This document shows positions 1 through 12,308 of a DNA stretch of 64,000 nt, piece after piece. The translations under genes and the position numbers were made by a program. A model generated the notes under the pieces. The model saw only the letters and a program-made list of their open reading frames with translations, was not told where the DNA came from and did no database searches. Numbering within the stretch: position 1 is the stretch's first letter; every line of letters starts with the position of its first letter. The stretch spans positions 6,944,001 to 7,008,000 of the forward strand of contig CM120640.1 in the NCBI GenBank assembly GCA_051362555.1, read 5' to 3'. This DNA is from Lingula anatina (Eukaryota > Animalia > Brachiopoda).

Positions 1-460
1 CTATCTCTGCTAGTTTTGGAGATAAAAGGGAAGCAAAATTTCCAAAGTTCAGTTCATGGTGAAAAGTAGGTCAAAGGTCAATTTCAAGGTCACATTTAGA
101 TTGCCAGTATATGACTTCATATGCAAGTTCAATAGAAACTATGGACCTATCTCTGCCAGTTTTGGAGATAAAAGGGATGCAAAATTTGCAAAGTTCAGTT
201 CATGGTGAAAAGTAGGTCAAAGGTCAATTTTAAGGTCACATTTAGATTGCCAGTATATGACTTCCTATTCAACTTCAATAGTAACTATGGACCTATCTCT
301 GCCAGTTTTGGAGATAAAAGGGAAGCAAAATTTGCAAAGTTCAATTTATGGTGAAAAGTAGGTCAAAGGTCAATTTCAAGGTCACAGTAAGATTGCCAGT
401 ATATGACTTCCTATTCAACTTCAATAGTAACTATGGACCTATCTCTGCCAGTTTTGGAGA
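1..460. repeat. 146-bp tandem repeat (about 3 units visible)
   Basis: GTAGGTCAAAGGTCA recurs at 66, 212 and 358 (period 146). Confidence 0.95.
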
Positions 461-1450
461 TATAAGGGACTAAATGTTATAATTTCGGAGTTACCATAAT
501 GTGCCATAAATTTCCTACAGAAAAAATTAATTAAAATAAAGAAAAGGTCATTTTGGTCAAAATTCTTGAAATGGGAGGTGCTCTGAAGTTCCAGAAGTTC
601 AAATTTGATGAAATAATGTCATTTTTGACCACAAGTTGTCTGCTTTGCCAAGCCTTATGTTTTATTTTTCCAGAGTTCAAAATTTATTATCCATTACCGT
701 ACTGCACATTTTGCTTTCACCACCAATATGTACTTTTTGATACAGCGTAACTCGAAAACCGTATGGAATACAAAAAAACGGAGACCACCTCCAGTGTTGG
801 GCTTTATATGCTCTACAAAATGCAAAAAAGAATGGGTCTCTAGCATTAACGGTTCCCAAATTAGAGACAGTTTTCAGTTTCGGTATCTTATGGCCGCTAC
901 ACCCGTGAAAATGCACCGATTGACCCCAAATTCACACAGATGAAAGATGACCTGAAGGGTAACATTTTCCAATAATATTATTGGTTAAGTCTGTGTGGTG
1001 TCTGAATAACAGCGCAAATAAATTTTTTTTCGTAAAAAAATTCATTTTTTTGAAAATTTTTGCCCGTTTGACCTTGAAATAAAGGTCAAAGGTCAAATCC
1101 AAGGGCATATTTGAAATCTACACATATGACTTTTGGAAAGCCGTCTGTAGAAATTTTTCCCATAATTCCTTCCGTAGGGTAGATAATTAGCATTTAATTT
1201 TGCCATTTTTTGACAAGGGTGCATTGCAATGAGTGCCACACCTAGACCCCAATACCGACAAAGCCCAAATTTTACGTGGAACGAGTTGAGATTATAGGTG
1301 ACCTGAATCCAAGAGATGGGTATGGGGGCCCTTACCGTCTAGGAGGAGAAACGGTAACGGTAACATGGCGGCGGAGCCGGCGGAGCCGGCGGAACGGACC
1401 GGACGGGACTAAAACCATGTGTACCGCCAGCGCTAACGCTGGTGGTACAA
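1..1450 (-). mobile_element. Helentron-associated non-autonomous element (HINE/DINE-1-like), copy 1, cut by the window start
   Basis: Near-identical reverse complement of 36842 onwards. Ends in GTACCGCCAGCGCTAACGCTGGTGGTACAA (subterminal IR with hairpin), has a (GGCGGAGCC)n microsatellite at about 1370-1392, and 146-bp tandem units at 1-460. Confidence 0.8.
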
Positions 1451-1761
1451 ATTAAACAAGATTAATTCATTAACCGTTTCTTTTGCTATGATTGAATTGT
1501 GCATACATATTTATTTTTCATTTAATTTTAGTGCTTCGTTTTCTTAATTTTATTTGATACTTTATGCTATAGAATAAAAAATACATACTTTATGCTTATA
1601 TTCTCGTTTTTATCATAACCTTTAGTATTCTTAACGCTACTGCTACTGTATTAAGCACTCTAGTTCCGGCGTCTTATTATGTTGTTAAACTTTGCCAGGA
1701 GGCAAATCTTTCATCGCCGGAAGGTCATATGTCACGGGGTAACATAACATTTAAAATAAGA

Positions 1762-4030
1762 GTTTAGCTAGAGGCAAACATTTTGGACACTTATCTCCTC
1801 CAACAAAGCCCACAATTTTGAGCTAAGACTCTCCAAAAAGATATTTCTAATTTGGCTAATTCCATTCAGAATGCAAAAAGGACTGGTGCAATGTTGACCC
1901 CAGTGATCACAGATCCGCTGCGTGCCTTGGCAGACAAAGCTGAGAGGATCTCCGAGGGAGCAAATGTTTGGAGAGGGCAGCCCCTAACAGCTATAAAGTT
2001 AATATTCTGAGAGAACAGCATTGCTTGGTGATGCTAGTTTATTGTTCTTTAGCTAATGTCAAGCACTGCTTTTGCTATATTATGCCACTGTTGGCTCATT
2101 AAAACAGTACTTGACCTTAACAAACACCTTTACTAACAATTACTAAGCCACAATTAAGTATCAAGGATTATTTTTTCCTTATAGCTGCTGCAAGTAGGAA
2201 GAGAAAAGAAGTGGAGGGCGTTATGCAGCCTTTTAACAGGTCTTTCCTCGAATTAAAAGAGAAGAAAATGAAGGCTGATGAAAGAGAAAGGCGTCAGCAT
2301 GAAGAGGAGTTGAAGTGGAGGAGAGAGGAAAGGAGATGGAGGCACACAAAATAGCTCTACTGTCTCCATCTCTGGGTCCACCAATTCCCCATTCCTAAAT
2401 CAATCATCTTCTCAAAACAAGGGGCCTAATACAGCCTTTTAACAGCTCTTCCTCAAATTAGAAGAGAAGAGAATGAAGGCTGGCGATGAAAGAGAATGGC
2501 ATCAGCATGACGACGACTTGAAGTGGAGGAGAGAGGAAAGGGAGATGGAGGCACAGAGGAGGGAGAAGGAGGGGTAACATGAAATGTGCATGGCACTATT
2601 GTTTGCTAACATGTTTTCCACATTAACACAAAATGGCCGTCCTGTCCCCATATCTGGGTCAACCAATTCCCCATTCCTAAATCAATCATTTTCTCAAAAC
2701 AAGGGGCCAGATTATTTTAATTTTTTATGTTTACAAATTCAAGCCACATATTTCTGACATTTCAGAACAATATGTTTGCACTGTATACAATTTGGGTTCT
2801 ATTTCCTCTCCCCTTTGTTTCTCCATTTCCGAGTACTTGGTTAGTGGGATAATGTTGACAAAATATTAGTCTTGCCATTATGAAATCTGCCCAGTGGGGA
2901 CATGCTTATTTATTAGCAGACTACTGCTATGTCTACACCATTTTTGGTTAGACGGCCTGTGACATTTGATATATGATGCATCAAATGATGTTGCTTTTTT
3001 TGCGAAGAAATATTTACCTAGAGAATAAGAAAAAATTGGGTTTGTGACATTTCAGCAGAGACAGCTGATGGAGATGAAAGCCAGCCTTCCACAAGTGGCC
3101 AGCCCTCCACAGCCAAAAGGAGGAGGCTCTCAGGGCCTAATTTTGATGATTACTTCAACATAAGAAAGAAGCAGCAGGAGAATCAGCGAATCCAACTGGA
3201 AAACCAACGCTTAAGACAAGAGGCTCAGCATCTTGAGTAAGAAAGAGCAAGGGATGAAAAAAGTTTGCCTTGATTTCAAAGCTTATTGAAAAAAATAATT
3301 ATGGAATTATATTATGGTATAGCAGAACAACTGGGGAGGAAAGAAATAAACTAACCAACATTGTAGAAACTGCAAGCAAGGTTATCAGGCAGGATCTACC
3401 CAAGCTGGATGATATTTTTAAAGACAGAATGGAGAAAAGAACTGTTAACACCATGGAAGACTGTTCTCATCCTGCATCATCACTTTTTATGTTTTTACCA
3501 AGCAGTAGTAGACTTTAAAATTTTTAAAGGCAGTAAATGCTTTTTAAACAGCTTTTATCCAAGTGCAGTGACACATTTTAATGTGATCACAAAACCTAGT
3601 TCTTAATTTATCTGTTGTATTACTTTTACTCTATATATTATCAAACTTGCTCCGAAAGGAAAATGAGTTCCGATTTTAATAATTGGCCAAATAAACTCTT
3701 ATCTTACACTGTCCTGGAACACAATTTACCCAACAAACACCCCGCTTCAGTACAGAATCTGACAGAATGCTCCCTACAGACACCAGACCAGCTGCAGTCA
3801 TTTTATAAAATTTCTTCTCGATGGCACATCAGAGCAAAATAACAAGAAAGTGCTGGACAGAAGAGTTCATGCTATGGCATCTGATGTAATTTTTTATTCT
3901 CTCGAGGGCCACTGTGAAACCATGGAACATGTACATGTGGATTTTCCTCTTTTACTAGTTCTAATTAAGCAACCCAGGCCCTGGGTCACTGTCTAAGTTA
4001 CAATGATGCAAAGGGACTGGAAACTAAATA
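1762..4030. repeat. Duplicated mosaic block, copy A
   Basis: Colinear, diverged match to about 5612-7557, e.g. GCTAGAGGCAAACATTTTGGAC / GCTAGAAGCAAACATTTTGGAC through GCAAAGGGACTGGAAACTAAAT. Internal duplication at about 2200-2430 vs 2430-2710. Confidence 0.9.
3270..3580 (+). mobile_element. Non-LTR retrotransposon RT C-terminal fragment (DUF1891, Rex1/Babar-like); second copy at about 6830-7100
   Basis: YGIILWY...ERNKLTNIVETASKVI...LPKLDDIF...EDCSHPASSLFMFLPSSSR, followed by FLNSFYPSAV, matches the recalled LINE C-terminal motif. Confidence 0.7.
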
Positions 4031-4813
4031 CAAGATTGCGGCCCTGACGCCGTTATAAAGCCACTTTTGCCTCTACCACACTTCTTACATCATCTTGACC
4101 AATCATTACAAGTTCCAATTAACATGTGACCCACATGTACGCGTTGAGGATCTTAGCAGTAGCAGTCAGATCGTATCCAGCCTCCGGCACGAGCGGTCAA
4201 CTCCAGAGAGACTCTCAGTAGACGATAGTGTTTGTATACAGCAGAAGTAGCAGATTGGTAAGTCTTTCGCTTTATTTCATTCATTATCACCTTGTTACGT
4301 TCATCATGGTCTACAGTTAGCATTATATCTCTCGTTCGTCACTTTACACCCACTGGATGTTAGGTCTCCTCGGATCGTCGATCTTAACAAGTCAGGATCT
4401 CAGCATCGGGGGCCGTATAGTAGTTCGTTTAGCAACATTAGATACCCCACTCGTTATATCATAATATTCATTCAGGTCAACCTTATGAATAATACCCGTT
4501 CACTAGTATGTTTTACGGATCTATAGCTAATTGACCTCACCCCTGATAGACATCCTTCTCGTTATTAGAACCTCACCGTCATTGAGCACTCAAGTATTAC
4601 TCTATCTCTACATGTTAATTCACTTATTTATTCGTTAGTAACACATTGTATAGCCTTTTACACTTAAACTTGCTTTCCTAGACGTTTTCAGTTCATATAA
4701 GGACTTGGGGATGTAACCCAGTACATCCCCAAGTTCGTCAGCCTCCTTCCTCGTCACAGGGTAACACGGGTTACTCCTTCGCTAATCCCAGTCTTACGGC
4801 CTCTCAGGGTTAC

Positions 4814-5290
4814 ATGGGTAACCCTGCCTCTAACCAAACGCAGCTTCAGCCACCCACTCACCTCCTCGGCTCGGTTCAGGATCAGGGCTCTCAAGGTAAG
4901 GGCAACTATTCATTATTAGATCAACATGTCCCCAAGACCCTCAGGGAAAAAATCTGGGCCAAAGAACCTGTAGATATGAATTCTCTTCTCCCTCCCACTT
5001 CGAATACGTTATCTTCGACGGAAATCTCGACATACCACCAACTTGTACAGCAGCCTAAAGTCTACGACGACGGGAAGATATCAATTACGATGTCCCTTAT
5101 GCACAAGCGTTCTTCTCTGATAACTCCATATCAATGGCAGTGCACCTTCCACGTTTTTAGTGTCATTTACTTGCAGTGCTTCCCCTCGGAAGCCATGAGC
5201 CTCCTGCATTACGCAAATCTCATTCTCGAAATGCAGGCTAATAAATTTCCAAATTGGCATCTGTACGACGAGAAGTTTAGAGCCACAGAG
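4814..5290 (+). mobile_element. DIRS-like retrotransposon gag-type ORF fragment
   Basis: HVPKTLREKIWAKEPVDMNSLL...QWQCTFHVFSVIYLQCFPSEAMSLLHYANLILEM...WHLYDEKFR resembles DIRS1 ORF1; truncated by the next fragment. Confidence 0.65.
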
Positions 5291-5490
5291 TGTCATGCGA
5301 CTCACAGAGTGTAATCTATTTGATAAGATGTTAACAGTGCCATCAAATGTACATCGGGGGAAACGAGACAGAAATTAAAAGACAGAATTAGACACCACTG
5401 CTGCACTATAAACAACAAACACCTGTTTGTGCCTGTGGGACAACACAACACTCAGCTAAAGACGTCACTGTCACCATCTTAAAAGGAAGA
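5290..5490 (+). mobile_element. Penelope-like GIY-YIG endonuclease fragment (decayed)
   Basis: Translates approximately SCDSQSVIYLIRC*QCHQMYIG/ETRQKLKDRIRHH, with VIY and YIG motifs and a stop. Confidence 0.65.
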
Positions 5491-5611
5491 GATGCATCAG
5501 TAAAATACTCATTTTCAATAACTGATATGTGACGTAAATTTTAATTGAATTATTATTATTAACTCACTTAGATTTATAAAGATGTTTCCGTTGGACTAGA
5601 AAGCTAAACTA

Positions 5612-7557
5612 AATCAGCTAGAAGCAAACATTTTGGACTCTTATCTCATCCAACAATGACCAAAACCTTGAGCTCACTAAGACTCTCCAAAAAGACATTT
5701 CTAATTTGGCTAATTCCATTCTGAATGCAAAAGGACTGGTGCAATGTTGACCCCAGTGATTGCTGATTCGCTGCGTGCCTTGGCAGACGAAGCTGAGAGG
5801 ATCTCCAAGGGAGCACTGCTTTTGTTATATTATGCCATTGTTGGCTCATTGAAATAGTACTTGACCTTTACTAACAATTACTAAGCCACAATTAAGTATC
5901 AAGGGTTATTTCTTCCTTATAGCTGCTGCAAGTAGAAAGAGAAAAGAAGTGGAGGACCTTATGCAGCCTTTTAACAGGTCTTTCCTCAAATTAGAAGAGA
6001 AGAGAATGAAGGCTGGCGATGAAAGAGAAAGGCATCAGCGTGAAGACGACTTGAAGTGGAGGAGAGAGGAAAGGGAGATGGAGGCACAAAGGAGGAGGAA
6101 GGAGAGGGAACATGAAATGTGCATGCCACATTAACACAAAATAGCTGTCCTGTCCCCATGTCTGGGTTCACCAATTCCCCATTCCTAAATCAATCATTTT
6201 CTCAAAACAAAGGGCCAGATTGTTTTAATTTATAATGTTTACAAATTCAAGCCACACATTTGACATTTCAGAACAATATGATTGCACCATATACAAATTG
6301 TGTTCTATTTCCTCTCTCTTTTGTCTCTCCATTTCCCAGTACTTGGTTAGTGGGATAATGTTGACAAAATATTAGTCTTGCCATCTTGAAATCTGTCCAC
6401 TGGGGACATGGTTGTTTATTAGCAGACTACTGCTATATCTACACCATTTTTGGTTAGACAGCCTTTGTCATTTGATGTAAGATTTAGGAAATGTTGCTTT
6501 TTTGCAAAGAAATATTTACCTAGAGAATAAGGAAAAATTGGGTTTGTGACATTTTAGCAGAGACAGCTGACGGAGATGATAGCCAGCCTTCCACAAGTGG
6601 CCAGCCCTCCACAGCCAAAAGGAGGAGGCTCTCAGGGCCTAATTTTGATGACTATTTTAATATACGCAAGAAACAGCAGGAGCTGGATGCCCAGCACCTC
6701 CAGCAGGAGGATCAGTGAATCCAACTGGAAAATCAATGCTTAAGACAAGAGGCTCAGCGCCTTGAGCAAGAAAGAGCAAGGGATGAAAAAAAGTTTGCCT
6801 TGATTTCAAAGCTTATTGAAAAAATTGCTTATGGAATTATATTATGGTATATGCGGAACAACTGGGGAGGAAAGAAATAAACTATCCAACATTGTAAAAA
6901 CTGCAAGCAAGATTATCGGGCAGGATCTACCTATGCTGGACGATATTTTTAAAGACAGAATGGAGAAAAAAAACTTAACACCATGGAAGACTCTTCTCAT
7001 CTTGCATCATCACTTTTTACGTTTTTACCAAGCAATAGTAGACTTAATTTTTTAAAGGCAGTAAATGCTTTTTAAATAGCTTTTATCCAAGTGCATTTTA
7101 ATTTGATCTCAAAACCTAATTCTTAATTTATCTATTGTGTTACTTTTACTCTGTATATTATCAAACTTGTTCCAAAAGGAAAATGAGTTCTGATTTTAAT
7201 AATTGGCCAAATAAACTCTTATCTTACACTGTCCTGGAACACAATTCACCCAACAAAAACCCTGCTTTAGTACAGAATCTGACAGAATGCTCCCTACAGA
7301 CACCAGACCAGCTGCAGTCATTTTATAAATATTTCTTCTCGGTGGCATATCAGAGCAAAATGACAAGGAAGTGCTGGACAGAAAAGTTTATGCAATGGCA
7401 TCTGATGTAATTTTATTCTCTCGAGGGCCACTGTGAAACCATGGAACATGTACATGTGGATTTTCCTCTTTTACTAGTACTAATTAAGCGACCCAGACCC
7501 TGAATAGGATGGGTCACTGTATCAATTACATTGACGCAAAGGGACTGGAAACTAAAT
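5612..7557. repeat. Duplicated mosaic block, copy B
   Basis: Colinear with 1762-4030; near-duplicate short ORFs 3615-3842 and 7135-7410. Further partial copies at about 9630-9901 and 10171-10317 (the latter matches 7563-7709). Confidence 0.9.
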
Positions 7558-8186
7558 TGACATCAAGAAAACAGAAGAAAACAGACAAAAGAACCCACAC
7601 CTGCCACGGAAAACAATTGCAGCTGATTTGAATTGCACTACAAGGGAACAGATTTGTTGGCGGTGACAGACTATTTTTCAGATTTTATTGAAGTAAGAGA
7701 ACTGAAAAGTATGGAATCCCAGGAGGGCCAAGAGAAAAAAAAATAAATAAATTGAAAAAAAAATCAATACATTTGAAATGAAAAAAAAAAAGTTGTGAAA
7801 TTTGCAAGATCACGTATAATCCCGCGAGATCGCGCGTAATCCTGCGTAGTCGTGTGAGATCCCGCGAGATCAATTGTGTTTCATTTTCAAGATGAAATTT
7901 TAAAAAAAATTACAAAAAAGTGGGAGAACAAAATCATGGTGAACGAGGCAAGGAGGGGCTGTTCGAAATACCAACAGTGCAATGAACATGAAGAGGAGGA
8001 TGGCATTTGTAAAGGGAAAACAAAGACAAAAGTCCACAATGGACCGGCGCCAGTACGTGGGATGCAAACACGTAAGTTGTTGACTATCGTTTAAATGGGA
8101 GTAATCCATGGTCTGGTGCGATATAGTCACAGTGCTTAGTGTGTGGCGCAAAATTAAAATCAAATCAATGGGCTTACTGTTAAAAT

Positions 8187-8343
8187 GGGGCATCTCGAAA
8201 GTCCAAAGGTTCATTGGTCCAAAAAATGGTAACATTGTCATTGGCTTTTTAATCAATGGTTCATTGGTCCAAAGGTTCTATAGTGAACATTCGGACCAAT
8301 GAACCGTCAGACTATTGAACCTTCAGACTATTGCTACGGCCTC
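8187..8343. mobile_element. Miniature copy of the foldback-like family at 15621-18261, opposite orientation
   Basis: Begins GGGGCATCTCGAAAGTCC and ends ACTATTGCTACGGCCTC, the reverse complements of the two large-element termini, with the same GGTTCATTGGTCC repeats. Confidence 0.75.
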
Positions 8344-9959
8344 GTAAAGATCATGTTTACAATTGAAACAGACCATCCAATACTCTGGGACCTATCAGGT
8401 ATATTAGATTAATCTATTTCTAGATTATTTGCTACTGTACTGTTGTACGTGCCTTTAGTGGGGCGCACAATATTGCCTAAGTAGGTCACGTCAAAAAGCA
8501 GCACTTCTTACCCCCCTTTCCCCAAAGGCCGCGTTTCTACCGCCAATTTAATTATTGGCTGCCAATTTACTTCCTATCCCGAGTTGTTCATTTTGCCTAT
8601 TTAATTCTGTTATTTTTTATTAATGACATGCGTATGTTTTCTTCATTTCAGCACTTGATGATCAGCAGCCATCATGTAGTTGGGCAAGTATTTCTTTAAA
8701 AAGAAAACAAAAATTTACGTTCCGGGACGGGAAGAAAAAACGCACTGAGGTATGAATATGTTTTGTACAATGTTATTTAAAGCAATTGTTTTTAATCCCT
8801 AACATAAAAATTATGTACTGAATCTGTTAAAGTTTTATCAACTTAGCGCTGGCAGCACTCCTGGTTTTGGTCCTGACCCTGCTCTGTGGTTCTTTGTTCT
8901 TGAGACTGATATAATTAAGACACAGTTACAGCTCCTCCTCTTAGGCCACAATGGCTCGAGTCCGCCCCTGACTATCACACCATGCCTTCCTTTCAACTGA
9001 AAATGCTCCTGCTGGTGCTATTACAATACCATGTAAATTTAAATATATCTGACTGTATCAAATTTTCATTTTAGACCATCACTGTGACCAAACTAAAAAA
9101 AAAATAACATCTAAATCTGGTAAAATCAGATTTGGCATTGTGAGAGATGAAGATGGGATACCAAACAGAGAGGTAATTCCTTATTGATTGTTGAGCAGTC
9201 AGTCGAGCAATAAAGAATATAAGTTCAATCGTTTAGGACATAGCTTAACATAAAGAAATAATTATTAATAATATTGATAATGTGAAAGCCCAACATAAAT
9301 AGAGTATTAATTAATTAGGGCATTTACATAAAGTGTGGGCTCATACCTAATAAAAGTTGTATTACAACTTTGTTTCATTGCTGTAGGCATCAATTTCATT
9401 TTTGGTTTTACAATAAAGAACTGTTATCTTCCAGATCCCACTGAATGGTCCTTACTGCCATTCAGTTGCACTGGACTCATGCTGTCAGTATTTTGAAGGG
9501 AAGGACTCCCAATCCTTAATGGAAGCTGGGAAGGGGCTGTTTATTATGGCAAATAAAAATGGCCCAAGTTAAATCAAGAATATCTGGGCACAGCGAAGAA
9601 GATTTTATTGTTTGTAATGATGTACAGCACAGAATCTGACAGAATGCTCCCTACAGACACCAGACCAACTGCAGTTATTTTATAAATATTTCTTCTCGGT
9701 GGCACATCAGAGCAAAATAACAAGAAAGTGCTGGACAGAAAAGTTAATGCGATGGCATCTGATGTAATTTTTATTCTCTCGAGGGCCACTGTGAAACCAT
9801 GGAACATGTACATATGGATTTTCCTCTTTTACTAGTTCTAATTAAGCAACCCAGACCCTGGGTCACTGTCTAAGTTACATTGATGTAAAGGGACTGGAAA
9901 CCATACTGAGATATCCTGTCCTAATTGAAAGCAGTGATGCATGAAAGTAATCAAACTTA

Positions 9960-10690
9960 AAGCCCAACCTTGCAACAGCTAGTATTGGGGACAATAACGA
10001 TGCCAATGTGAAGACACTACATGGCAAGGAAACCCTGCATGTGACTGAGAGGCATCCCTTCCCGTTTTATATTCCTGGAGATAGAAGAATGTTAACAATT
10101 TGCCTGTGACATTATGTATTGGCCATGAATGAACAGTCAGATTGAAGACGTAGTCAGTGTGTTCAGAGTATCAAGAAAACAGAAGAAAACAGACAAAAGA
10201 ACCCACACCTGCCACGGAAAACCATTGCAGCCGATTTGAATTGCACTGTAAGGGAACAGATTTGTTGGCAGTGACAGACTATTTTCAGATTTTATTGAAG
10301 TTAGAGAAATGAAAAGTTAGAGAACTAAAAAGCAACACTCACAGCCAGTCTGTGATAAGAGAATTTGCTTAAATATTTAGTGCATATGGGATCCCAGAAA
10401 AATTAATCACAGACAATGACCCACAGTTTAATCACTTTTTACCTTTTCTAACCCCACTTGATTTTCTATGGTTTTGGAAGATAAGTGAGAGCAGTGTGTC
10501 TCTACATGCAGGATTTATGTACAACTACATCAAAGATCCTTTGCCAATGTTGAAGACAGGCTACATGGATCCCATATCAGAGTCCCCAACAAGCAATAAT
10601 GCTGTAAGGGAATCTATGATGAGGACCAAGAATATTGCTAAAGAAACTGACCGGGACTATGCTGTGCTCAGATGTGACTTTGCAAGCAAA
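9960..10690 (+). mobile_element. Decayed DNA transposase fragments (possibly Academ-like) interrupted by a Gypsy fragment
   Basis: DNNDANVKTLHGKETLHVT (about 9989-10045) and GYMDPISESPTSNNAVRESMMRTKNIAKETDRDYAVLRCD (about 10559-10680) resemble a recalled marine-invertebrate transposase family; superfamily is uncertain. Confidence 0.4.
10170..10430 (+). mobile_element. Gypsy LTR-retrotransposon integrase fragment (decayed)
   Basis: IAADL...DYFSDFIEVRE...IFSAYGIPEKLITDNDPQF across frameshifts, matching an rve core. Confidence 0.75.
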
Positions 10691-10827
10691 CTCAAACCTG
10701 AGAGAACAGTTTCATTAGCCCTGTATGTATCAATTTAAATTATTGTTTTTCTTTTTATCAAGAGCTTATAAAACATGTGGGTATTACCTCCAATATTTCT
10801 GTGACTGTCAGTCATGGAGTAAATGAC

Positions 10828-10887
10828 TAGGGTCATTTCACCTGGAATGAATTCACCTGGATTTTCATTCCAGATGAAATGACCCTA
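10828..10887. repeat. 60-bp palindrome (mini-MITE-like)
   Basis: TAGGGTCATTTCAcCTGGAATGAA ... TTCATTCCAGaTGAAATGACCCTA, 24-bp arms with one mismatch. Confidence 0.85.
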
Positions 10888-10889
10888 GG

Positions 10890-11305
10890 GGATTACAGAA
10901 ATGATGAATGACTTGCTGAAAGGACAAGGAAAAAGCGTCACTGTACGTCAGACAAGGGACCGTGCGAAGCACTTATTGAAAATGCATAAAGAACAGGAGG
11001 CAAATTCACAAAAAGCATGAGTTTACATTGAACCTTCCTTGATGTTTGCTTTTCGTGACATTCTATTGTTTCTTTTGCTGATCAAAATCCATTTAAACTT
11101 TTTAAAATTTTTTTTTAATGTCATCACTATCAGCGTCAAAAAGAAGCGCTTGTACCACCAAATCAATAATGGAAGCCATCTTGTCACACAAGCGACCTCT
11201 ATTGCTTACGTATTTGTTGTTTGGCGTTTGCGAAACGGCCGCTACGACTTATGACGTACAAACCTAGTTTTTGTACTTCGTCTTCGTTGTTTGCTAAACC
11301 TCTGT
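10890..11305 (+). mobile_element. Possible Harbinger remnant (Myb/SANT-like fragment and terminus)
   Basis: SVTVRQTRDRAKHLLKMHKEQEANSQKA resembles a Myb/SANT-like helix; CGTTGTTTGCTAAACCTCT resembles recalled Harbinger ends. Confidence 0.35.
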
Positions 11306-12308
11306 ATTGACTAAGAGAAGAGAGTGTTTTGTAGTGTAACTTGATTGACATGACCTCGTTGTAGCGCAGAATGTAATGTAAACGAGAGAGAACAATGTAA
11401 GAGGTTGAACGGAGAGGAATTAATTGTAGATAGCAAAGTAGGAAAGTGATAATAAAGGATATGTAGGAACATGGAAGACAAAGTCAATAACGTTGTCACA
11501 TTAGTCATACCAATAGTTTGGGGGAAAAGCATGCAAGAATCCTTGTTCATCCACCTTTTTGCAACTAATGCATGACAGCAAGTTAGCAGAGAAACCAATG
11601 TCATGATTCTGTCACTCCTTAACCACAATCTCTGTCTGTTCCCTGCTAGGGTCAAGTCATACCCTCCCCTTGCATTTTCTGCACTGGGTCACATTCAATT
11701 TATGGATATCCACTGCTTAATGGTTAAAACACGAAAGAAAAGATATTTGTAAGAGATGAGCTGTGCTTTGTCTGTTTAAAGAAAGGACTAGTGTCTATGT
11801 GTGACATGTACAAAACATAATAAGAGAGGTTTTCCTGCCATACATTTGCATGTAGAAACTGATCATACAATTCTACATATAGAGGGTGGGGGTACTGAAA
11901 TTATTTTTTAAGAACAAAGAACAATTCTAAGAAATAAGTAAGCTTTGTGCAAAAGGAGGACAGAGCCTGAACTTGTGATGATTTGGTTTTCAGATCTGTG
12001 CCATTTCCTGAGATAGACAAACATCATCCCCACAGATACAATAACACACACGCAAATTGATAACTAACTTAATGCATGACTTCATCCAACTTTCTTATGT
12101 AGGTACTGTACTGTATATGCATTAAGTCCGTACCTAGGAATCTTGCATAATGAATAGGATATGTCCTAATTTTGAATGAATAGGACAAAACTGTTATACA
12201 GACCCATATTTTGTAAGAGTCCTTACAGCTGCTGTCCTGGGGCATATAACTACAAGTCTAACACACTTATATTGCTTGTATGGTATGGCATTACTTTTGC
12301 ACAAACAA

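Noticed and set aside
553-943. Short ORFs repeated at 37367-37757
   Set aside because: Chance frames within two copies of the same non-coding element.
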